From the NCBI RefSeq assembly GCF_006345805.1, contig NC_043005.1:15996001-16060000 (forward strand): a DNA stretch of 64,000 nucleotides, given 5' to 3'. The notes under the pieces were generated by a model. That model saw only the letters and a list, made by a program, of their open reading frames with translations. It had not been told where the DNA came from and ran no database searches. Below, piece by piece: positions 38,568-48,434 of this stretch. Position numbers and translations under genes: made by a program. Origin of the DNA: Octopus sinensis. Its lineage: Eukaryota. The stretch's first letter is position 1. The number at the start of each line of letters is the position of its first letter.

Positions 38568-40079
38568 CACCAAACTAAAAGTTTATAGGTTCCACGAAGC
38601 AGTCCAAAACCTAATGACCATCCAGGTACCGTTACAACAAACACAAAAACCACGAACAACTACAGCTACCAGCTATCAATCCTCTAAATGGAATATGTGT
38701 TAGGTCAGTGGATGGAGGTAACCTAGGGTGCCCATCTTTGCAAGCGATCGTCTACGCAGTCCACATACTTCTGATCTTTACCATCGATCTATAATAGGCT
38801 GGAGACAAAGACAACGACCCGGTGACTGTAAACTGAACGCGTCGTTAACGGTTTGCAAAGCCTATCACGACCAGATTGGCAAAATAGTCGGACAGAATCA
38901 GACGGGAATGTTCGTCAAAAACTGGCGGTTAAAATAGGACTGATAAAGTAAAAAAAAAACCTACAAAACAAATCGCAACAGCAAGAAGTAGAACAGAGAT
39001 GAAGATAGTTAACAAACAAGGAGATGCAACTAAGAGGAGCCATCACACATATGAAGATCTACCGGAAACAACTGTATTGAAGGAAGATATAGAACATAAT
39101 ACACATTTGTGTTAATACGTACCTTGGTTTTATTTTGATAACCTGCATTTTGAAAAACAACATTCTTTGCTTTTATCATGAAATGTGTCCGCCATATCTA
39201 ATTTTGGGGCGTTGATTTCGAATCTACTTCTAGAATTTGTAAATTACGTCATGGCTTTAAGAAACACATTTTCAAATTTTTGCAATCCACATATTAGCGC
39301 AGCAGAAACTACAGTTATATGGTATATTAGCTGGTTTGGTTAATATCTTATCAGTTCTAATGGTTGTCTAGCCCTTTTCACTTACGTTTAAGAAATACAT
39401 TAGGCTTGTATTTATGGAAATGAGAAGTATTTTGGAAAAACTTATTAACTATAGACATTTTATTCCACAAAAGTAGTTCTTTCGCTGAAAAAAATACAGT
39501 AAAATGCATTAAATAACACTGAAAGGACACACATAATAATATACAACGATATATTGTGGGAAGAAATGATGTCAGAATATTGGATATGCTGTTTACAGCT
39601 TCTCTAAACATTATCCAGATATTTTGTCAACAGATTAAAGTAATTAATAAATAGCTTATCTTTTCTTAATGTTTTTATCTGGGACCTATCAAAGATATTA
39701 CCCTTCAATTTTTCTTAGAGAAGAAAATTTTCCACGCAGACATTTGAAAGAGTCGCCCGCGTTATCAAAACTTTAATAAATTGATTCATTAAATCAAATT
39801 TGATATTAAGTGCTGGGACAAAAATATATTCTGGTTTAATAAGTTTGTGCTTTTCAACATAGAAACCTCTTTTTTTCCCCTGCTATTCCTTTCAATCACA
39901 GTAATCTCTTGTGGCTTAACTGTCCCGTACGTTGATAAACAGGGAGATTTAGTGTAACCACTGAATAGGAAGTAAATAAATTGTTTTCAAATCTCCTCAT
40001 ATCATCTACGTGTGTTCAAAGTATTTGAGCTTTTTCAGTGTTACTTTCATGGTTTACAGCTTTATTTTAAATGTACCAG

Positions 40080-40495
40080 TTAAGTTAAGTTAGTTAAGTT
40101 AATTTTTTGGCTCAAAAAGCAAAAGTAAGGCCATGTAGGGGGACATGGAGTTATGTACAGGGAGGGTGTTCATGCCATTTCTGGTCAAGACAGTCTTTGA
40201 ACCGAGCGGTCGTCGGCATCTTCACTATCTCGTCCGGCAGCTTATTCCACGGATCCGCAACCCGGACGGAGAAAGCCCCTTTCCTTCGATTGAGATGAAA
40301 TCGTCGCAGATAGAGCTTTTCGGAGTGACCCCGCAGCCGACGCTCTGGAGCAGGAGTGAAGAACAGCTCTTTCGAGACGTTACACTTTCTGCTTATGATG
40401 TTTTGAGTGAGAATGAGATCAGCACGACGTCCCAGCACGGCGTACCAAATGATCAACCGGGAGAAAAGCGAATACATTTCACTTACTCAACAAAA
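40080..40495 (-). pseudogene. CR1/L2-group LINE 3' end
   Basis: RRADLI...RLRGHSEKL...FSVRVADPWNKLP...FKDCLD, followed by a (TAAC/TTAAC)n tail. Confidence 0.85.
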
Positions 40496-40574
40496 TACAC
40501 TTAAAGTAACAGTTGAGGTGTCGAATAAAAGTCGCAATTCGTCTGATTGATTGAAATAACATAGTTTTTAACAA

Positions 40575-40686
40575 GCTGTGTGGTAAGTAGCCTGCTTACG
40601 AATCGCATGGTTCCGGGTTTTATAGCCTCGAACCGACCAAAGCCTTGTGAGTGGATTTGGTAGACGGAAACTGAAAGACGCCCATC

Positions 40687-40740
<54 letters not shown>

Positions 40741-40972
40741 ATGTGTGTGTATATGTTTGTGTGTCTGTGTTTGTCCACTCAGCATCGCTTGCCAGCCGAT
40801 GCTGGTGTGTTTACGTCCCCGTAACTTAGCGGTTCGGCAAAAGAGACCGATAGAATAAGTACTAGGCTTACAGGGAATAAATCATGGGGTGGATTTGCTC
40901 GACTAAAGGCGGTGCTTCAGCATGGCCACAGTCATATGACTGAAACAAATATAAAGAGAGAAAGAGAGAGTA
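40575..40972 (+). mobile_element. SINE family A
   Basis: GCTGTGTGGTAAGTAGC head with an internal deletion, (TA)n/(TG)n middle, GACTGAAAC tail. Confidence 0.88.
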
Positions 40973-41491
40973 TTAAAACAATAAACAATGTCGTCTTCAC
41001 ACTGAAGAATCGCAACACATCATTTTGTCTTTATTGATAAAAACTAAACTTGGTTGCTGGTCCTTCAAGTTATTTTGCATTCAATCTAGATCCCAGTACC
41101 TCCGCTGACGTCTTTGGGAGATCTAACTCGAGGACTGTCATTCAATCAGACTGGAGCACGTTCATTGCTTGCTTCGCTCCCACACACCACTCAGGTTTAT
41201 CAATCACATCTAACTTATTAGAAACAAAATTAAGTATTTCGGTAGAATGGAGCGCAAGCATTATGACTGAGAGTAAAATTAGGCAATTAACCTTTTTATA
41301 TGACTTAGGGGCTATAAATAGAAATATCAAACACACAAAGATAGTATAGTAATCTTCAATATGGTTTATCTACAGACTAGCGAAACTGTAAAACTCATTC
41401 TATTAACTCAGATTTACGACTCAATTTCCAAAGAGAGATTAAAGCACGAACGGTTTGTCTTGTTCACCTAATTTCACTCTAAAATACGTAA

Positions 41492-41889
41492 TCTTTATAT
41501 ATAAAAGTCAAGTTGTGTGTCTGTCTCTTACGATTTAGATTCCTAACTACTCCCACATTTTGCGGTGCAGTGTAACCAAAACCGGGTATCTTATAGTCGT
41601 GATTCATATCGAGCCTTTCTGGGTATTAGCGCGCGTCTACGATGAGTCTACGATTTAAAAAATAATTTACCATCATTTTTTCCATTTTAATGCAATTTTT
41701 TCGCTATTTCATAAGGGAAGTAACTCTCTAAAAATGTCTACGATGAGTCAACGATTTTTAAAAAAAAATTACCATAATTTTTTTCCATTTTTAAAGCATT
41801 TTTTTGCTATTTTTTGGCTATAACTCTCTAAAAATGCTTATATAGTTATTTCCCTTAAAAACCCGAGCAACGCCGGGCGATACTGCTAG
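41492..41889 (+). mobile_element. Non-autonomous Helitron
   Basis: A|TCTTTATATATAAAAG start; 3' hairpin CCCGAGCAACGCCGGG then CTAG|T. Inserted between A and T with no TSD. Internal duplication of about 100 bp. Confidence 0.88.
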
Positions 41890-42332
41890 TATATATTAAA
41901 ACAAAAAGATCTGCAAGAACTTGTTGCTGCCTTGCAACTATTGCAAAGAATCTACGAATGTAACAGAAGACATCCGGACTGTACTTGCATTTCCTACGCC
42001 CACTAGAACTAGCCATATTAGATTACATGTCATGACAGACAACCTAGAAATACTGTATATAGCTTAGTTTTTGTAGGGTCCGTGTATCTGAAGATACATT
42101 CAACTTATACTGAAATAAATAAGGAAGCGCAGACCTGCAGCTGTCTAGATTAGTATTGTATACAAACCAACCTGGGAAAACTATCTCCCTGGTCTATCTA
42201 AGCTTACAGAGCATTTTTCGTAAGAAGCTCATTGGCTTTACAACTTTTCTCAGCTAATAACATTTGTCAGTTGGTACTAACTTAAACTATGCCAGATACT
42301 TTCTCCCGTTTTAGGGAGTCCATCTGGAAAAC

Positions 42333-42375
<43 letters not shown>

Positions 42376-42461
42376 TATTCTAGACAAAACCACTATTTTG
42401 CAAAACAAACAAGGAAAGACTAATTAATACATAAAATTTTAATAAATAGTCAAAAAAACCG

Positions 42462-42504
42462 CCACTACAATCGTTTCTTGTCTTGATCGACAATCTTCAG
42501 GTGG
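42462..42504 (-). ncRNA. Minimal type-I hammerhead ribozyme motif (left arm of the palindrome)
   Basis: Minus strand: CCAC CUGAAGA UUGUC-GAUCAA-GACAA GAAAC GAUU GUA GUGG. Confidence 0.8.
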
Positions 42505-42544
42505 ACTTCCAATAATTCAAATTTGACACTGAATTATTGGAAGT

Positions 42545-42587
42545 CCACCTGAAGATTGTCGATCAAGACAAGAAACGATTGTAGTGG
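42545..42587 (+). ncRNA. Minimal type-I hammerhead ribozyme motif (right arm)
   Basis: Helix I CCAC/GUGG, core CUGAAGA, helix II UUGUC/GACAA, GAAAC, helix III AC-GAUU-GU. Predicted cleavage after GUA (A42583). Confidence 0.82.
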
Positions 42588-42765
42588 CGGTTTTTTTGAC
42601 TATTTATTAAAATTTTATGTATTAATTAGTCTTTCCTTGTTTGTTTTGCAAAATAGTGGTTTTGTCTAGAATAATATTTTATAATATTTTACTATAAAAT
42701 CGATTTAATCATAAATCTGATTTTTTCCCTGTAAATTTGGATTTATTCCCTAATATTATTATTAT

Positions 42766-42826
<61 letters not shown>

Positions 42827-43286
42827 GTGTGTTTTGATGTTTGTTTTTATATTCAGTTAAACAAAAACAATTTTACATTAATCTGATGGGTTACTCTATC
42901 CTTTTGTAGAGCACAAATTTATTTTTCTTAAACGAGAATGTTGCTGACAGAGACTTCGAAGTTTTAAACAGCTGAGTCAACGTCGACAGTCCAACGATGG
43001 CTTAGCTGATCGAAACTTCGAAGATACTGTCAACAGCATTCTTGTTGAAGAATAATGTATATATATATATATGCAAAGGGAAGCCATCCTTCCCATCGTC
43101 GACCTGACGTGATATGCATGGACCCTATCAGCAAATACTGATAGGGCATAGAAAGTGTGTCAATAGCCAGCTGGAGAATATGTTCTCCTGGGGCTACAAG
43201 CTACAGTAGCATCCACCCGTAGTGGTTAACCACGTTTAAGTGTCACATATACTTCACGTTGTAGTGCAGCTACTGTTTATAGCTCG

Positions 43287-43320
<34 letters not shown>

Positions 43321-43327
<7 letters not shown>

Positions 43328-44008
43328 TAAATTAGAGATAAAACCACTATTAGGCAAATCAAACAGTGAAAAACATAAACCAAAACATAAAAATAAAAAT
43401 AATTAATATAATATACAAAATATATAAAAAATATAAAATTTAAAATCTAAATTATTTAAATTTAAAATTATTAATTTATATTTATAAATTTTTATATTTT
43501 TAAAAATATTTTTAAAATTTAAATTAATAAATTTTTAATTAAAAAATTTTTAAACTCTTTTTTTAAAAAATTCATTTAAATATATACAACTATCAAAAAG
43601 TATTAAAAAGTTTAATATAAGATAATATTACTTATCTTATATTAAACTTTTTAATACTTTTCGATAGTTATATATATTTGAATGAATAGAAAAATGTTTA
43701 AAAATTAAAAAATTAAAAAATTTATTAATTTAAATTTTAAAAATATTTTTAAAAATATAAAAATTTATAAACATAAATTAATAATTTTAAATAATTTAAA
43801 TTTTAAATTTCATAATTTTAATATATTTTGTATATTATATTAATTATTTTTATTTTTATGTTTTGGTTTATGTTTTTCACTGTTTGATTTGCCTAATAGT
43901 GGTTTTATCTCTAATTTAATTTATATTTATACTGTGAAATTAGATTTAATCCTAAATTTAATTTTTCCCTGTAAGTTTGGATTTACTCCCTAATATTATT
44001 ATTATCAT
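43321..44008. mobile_element. Very AT-rich foldback (arms about 43321-43625 and 43632-43925) plus shared terminal module, in (TA)n
   Basis: AATTAGAGATAAAACCACTATTAGGCAAATCAAACAGTGAAAAACATAA is mirrored at the right end. Loop TATTAC. Confidence 0.88.
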
Positions 44009-44033
44009 ATATATATATATATATATATATATA

Positions 44034-44532
44034 CTAGCAGTATCGCCCGGCGTTGCTTGGGTTTGTTTCGACCCGCTGGAATTGTAATTTTGAAAAGTAA
44101 AAATTTTGTGAACATTTTTCTGGTCGAAATATACCGAAAAGTGGCGACACAGCAGTGAAAAAATCGTAAAAAATAGGGATTTTCATAGAAAAAAGCAGCT
44201 TTTTTATGTAAATAATTTTTGGTGTTAACATGGTCCGATTTGAATTTTATGTTCTACGGAAGGAAGAGCAACCCTTCTTCTATCATACTCTCAATTTTGG
44301 TCAACTTGCGCCGCAGGGTCTCGGAGGAGATAGTGTTAGTTGAAGGTTACCAAACGTGGCGCACACAGACAACTTCAGCTTTATATAGAGATAACACACA
44401 CACATTAATACACATACATAGACACACACACACATGTATGTATGGATGTATATATGTACATCTGTCCACTTCTTGCAATATTTTTATCCTTCACTTCCTA
44501 CACACACACACACACACTTACACACACACACA

Positions 44533-44567
<35 letters not shown>

Positions 44568-45688
44568 ACGCACACACACACACGCACACACACACACCTT
44601 CTTAGCTTACAATTTCTTTCTGTTAACAATTGACAACAGAAGTACGCTCGCCAATTAATACTACCAAAATTTAACGACAGAAAGTAAATTAAAAACCAAT
44701 TTACCTTTTCTGTATTGTTATGGCAATCCGACCGTCGGTGTGTTTTTGCAAATGTGTTTTTGCAAATGAGAAGTGAGTTGTGTTTGGCGCCTTTTTTACT
44801 AATAACAAACACACACGTGTGTGTGTGTTTGAGTGTTTGTATGTAGTTGTTTGAAACGTTTGTGTTTGTCACTGTCATATATGTATGTGTATGCGTGTGT
44901 GTGAGGAATGGCAAACCAGATAGATAGCGCGCGAAGTTCTTTTGAAGTTCGCGCTCCGCTTGTGTGTGTGTGTGTGCGTGCTTTAGGTACACAGCACAAC
45001 ATTACTCTCTCTGTCTCTTTACACACACTAACAAAAGCACTTCACTTACACACCACACTTTCTGTGTCGCACATCCCATCAAACACACACACACACACAC
45101 ACACACTCACGCACACATGTACATCAATGCTTTCGGAGTGAAATATTAAAATATTGAGTTTTCTCGAATTTTGTCTTAATTGGGGGTGAAATTGAAAGAA
45201 ATTTTGTATGGCATGACCGAATGGAAGTACTTGTAAAAATCATAGGTAAACTGTAATTGAAGTAATTGTGTGAGGAGTAAATCGTTATGTATTTATTTGT
45301 TTCTGTTTGCTGTTTTTTTTTTGAGTAGTGGTTTAAGGTACACTTCTCTCGTTTTATAGAAATAGTTTCACTTTAATCGTTGCACACTTGCAAAGAGAAA
45401 GGAGTAGAAATTAGGGTGATAGCGTGAGTGAAGCAGATCGCTCCGTTTTTGTGTGTGTGTGTGTGCATGTGCTGTAGCCCACACTAAGAAAAGCACTTGA
45501 CTTACACACCACAATGTGAGTTTTCTCTAAATTTTGCTTAATTGGGGTTGAAATTTTAAAAACCGGACCTAGCACGACCCGATTTATTCTACTCTTAAAA
45601 ATGCTAGGTAAATTGTAATTGAAGAAATCCTATATTTAGATTTCTATAAGAGACAAAGGGAGGCAGATAAAATCTGCCTTTTATAATA

Positions 45689-45691
<3 letters not shown>
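44034..45691 (-). mobile_element. Composite non-autonomous Helitron (5' TC ends at 44391 and 45691; one 3' CTAG end at 44034)
   Basis: 3' end CCCAAGCAACGCCGGGCGATACTGCTAG|T, near-identical to that of 41492-41889. 5' ends A|TCTCTATATAAAGC and A|TCTTATTATAAAAGG. Confidence 0.72.
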
Positions 45692-45727
<36 letters not shown>

Positions 45728-45729
45728 CA

Positions 45730-45822
<93 letters not shown>

Positions 45823-45823
45823 C

Positions 45824-45880
<57 letters not shown>

Positions 45881-45907
45881 TAATATAATATATATAGTAT
45901 ATACACA

Positions 45908-46925
45908 GTGGTCTTGGGACCACTGCTTTTTATAGTGGCCCTCTTAGATATGCCCTCAAGTGCCCGGATAGCCACTCTGGCCAGCTATGCAGACGATACG
46001 AAAGTCTCGCAGAAAATACAGAACCCCAGCGATGTTGCACACCTGCAGCAGGGGTTGGACTCAATCTACAGATGGGCTGAGGATAATAATATGCAGTTTA
46101 ATGCTGAAAAAGTCCAGGCCCTGCGCTACCAGCATCCAAAACTGAATATTAAACTTACAGGATACACTGGTCCACAGGGAATTTCAATCCCAGAGCCTAA
46201 GTCTGCGAGGGACCTGGGTATCGACATGAGTGATGATACCTCTTTCCAAGTGCACATTACCAGGATGGCGAAAAAGTGCAGACGACTGGCTGGGTGGATC
46301 CTAAGAACATTCAGAACCAGAGATAAGGAGACCATGATGGTCCTCTGGCGGATATTCGTCCTCAGTCGCCTGGATTACTGCTCACAGCTATGGTCACCCA
46401 CCAGTGTAAAATTAACAGCGGACCTTGAAGAAATCCAGAGAAGATTCACAAGGAAGATCATCTCTTTGCAACAGCTCAGCTACTGGGAAAGGTTGAAACA
46501 GCTAAGACTCTACTCCCTGGAGAGAAGACGGGAGAGGTATGCAGTAATATATGTCTGGAAGATCCTGGAAGGAATTATGCCAAATTTTGGCATTGTAAGC
46601 TACACCAATGCTAGAACGGGACGACACTGCATAGTGCCAAAGATCCCAGCAATGCCATTACGCTTCAGGACCAGCTTCTGCAACAAAGAGTCTGAGGAAC
46701 TTGCACAAAGTGGACGTAGCGGTTTTTAAATCAAAGCTGGACATCTTCCTGTCAAGAGTCCCAGATGAATCTACCTCACGGCAGGAGGTGCAAATGAGAG
46801 TAGCTATATCAAACTCCATTCTTCACCAAGTGCCACATATTAGACGAGGTTCGTCGTAATAACAGTGTAGCACAAGACGGCGGTGCATCAGCATGGCCGC
46901 AGCTCTGAGCTGAAACTAGGAAAAA
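45908..46925 (+). mobile_element. 5'-truncated CR1/L2-group LINE in (TA)n
   Basis: VLGPLLF...YADDTK...RDLGI...LDYCSQLWSP...SLERRRERY, with a 3' end CAGCATGGCCGCAGCTCTGAGCTGAAAC. Confidence 0.9.
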
Positions 46926-47299
46926 AAAATTAATATATATATATATATATTCCTGTATATTTGAAACCACGCTTTTTCCCAACTCGTGAGTAGACTTTTC
47001 CTTAACCACAAACTATTTTCATAATTTTCAAAGGACCAAATATTTTCAAACACCTTCTGATAACTAAAGGATCACCCACACATTAAAAATTAGAAAAAGA
47101 GGGAAAAAAAAGAAAGAAAAGAAAGATAAAATAACTACAAGCTCATAATTCAAATACAAACTTCTCAGTATTACAACAAACATTCTGTACAATCAATTCT
47201 ACATACTTCTCCTTAAAAAAAAAATAATAATAATAATAATTAAAAGTAATCAACAAAACGAACGAACAAAATAAAATTTAATAAAACATATCAACCAGA

Positions 47300-48214
47300 A
47301 TGGCTAGCCACCAAAAATCCAACAAAAACTGGTCTGATAATGAAGTCGACGTTCTTATCAACACATGGCATGGCCTTACCCAAACAGAGAGCATAGGTGC
47401 TTCGTGTCTGAACGAAATTGCCAAACGAACAGTTCACCATTTGCAAACTCGATCTGAACAGCAGATCCAAAATAAATTAAAACAAATCGAAGTTGCTTTT
47501 AAATTAATAAATAAACACTTCGATAAACTGAGATGTGTTTTCTCTTCGAACGCATCACCGGCGCAACAACAACAACAACCTCAACAACAACAAACTCAGC
47601 GGCAACAACAACAACAACAGCTACAGCAACAACAACAACTTCAGCAGCAACAACCTCAGAGGCAACAACAACAACCTCAACAACAACAACAGGATGAACC
47701 ACTCCTTGATTCATCTACAATGGCCGATTTGCTAAATGAAACGATTGACCTCCCAGTCATCAGGGTCACACAGCAGGAAGCACCACCCCTTCCTTTCACT
47801 GCCCCAGCAGCTCAATCATCATCATTGTCAACACCATCTCCTCTGCTTACTACTACTAGTACTACTCCCACTATATATCGACAAACATCTTTGTCTTGGA
47901 ATCGACCTCCTCAATCATTACCACTGTCAACATCTCTTCTACCTACTACTACTACTACTACAGCTACTACTACTAATGCTATCTCAAGGAATTTACCTCC
48001 TACAGGTCACAAAGGTCGCCAAAACTTCAACAAACTATCATCTACACCTTTCACAGCTCACACACACACACGCACCTACACACCCACTCGAAACCCATCA
48101 TCATTTGCCGATATTCTCTTCGCCATAGACTGTGCACTGATAGAGACTGTAAATTCACCCATTTACCTGGAACAAACGCTCTATCCCCACAAACTACAAC
48201 AGCAACCACCATAA
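47300..48214 (+). CDS. LINE ORF1-like protein with N-terminal Myb/SANT-like (trihelix) domain, polyQ and S/T/P-rich region
   Basis: NWSDNEVDVLINTW...NEIAKR...RSEQQIQNKLKQI fits a Myb/SANT-like pattern by eye. 304-aa open frame directly upstream of ORF2. Confidence 0.65.
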   Translation: MASHQKSNKNWSDNEVDVLINTWHGLTQTESIGASCLNEIAKRTVHHLQTRSEQQIQNKLKQIEVAFKLINKHFDKLRCVFSSNASPAQQQQQPQQQQTQRQQQQQQLQQQQQLQQQQPQRQQQQPQQQQQDEPLLDSSTMADLLNETIDLPVIRVTQQEAPPLPFTAPAAQSSSLSTPSPLLTTTSTTPTIYRQTSLSWNRPPQSLPLSTSLLPTTTTTTATTTNAISRNLPPTGHKGRQNFNKLSSTPFTAHTHTRTYTPTRNPSSFADILFAIDCALIETVNSPIYLEQTLYPHKLQQQPP

Positions 48215-48434
48215 TACAACATCACCACAACCACCAATATCTCAAACAAGGAATCCCCAAATCTGCCGCTATTCCCAGCGAGACAGATTGTGTTTGCACA
48301 GGGATTGCCCCTTACCCATCTCCCGGGGACTCGTCGGACATTTAAAGATAACCACTCACAAAAAATAGCCGCGGCCACAGTCACCTGCGGTTCCCTAGAC
48401 AGGAACCACCTCTTCTTCCTCTTTTTTAGCTATA

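Larger units (their letters stand above)
42366..42765. mobile_element. Perfect foldback (arms 42366-42518 and 42531-42683, 12-nt loop) plus shared terminal module, in (TA)n
   Basis: 153-bp arms, exact reverse complements by inspection. The module ...TTTCCCTGTAAATTTGGATTTATTCCCTAATATTATTATTA follows. Confidence 0.9.

Noticed and set aside
47300-48214. PolyQ ORF as a host transcription-factor gene
   Set aside because: It is intronless, sits directly upstream of LINE ORF2 and has no independent gene context. Treated as element ORF1.
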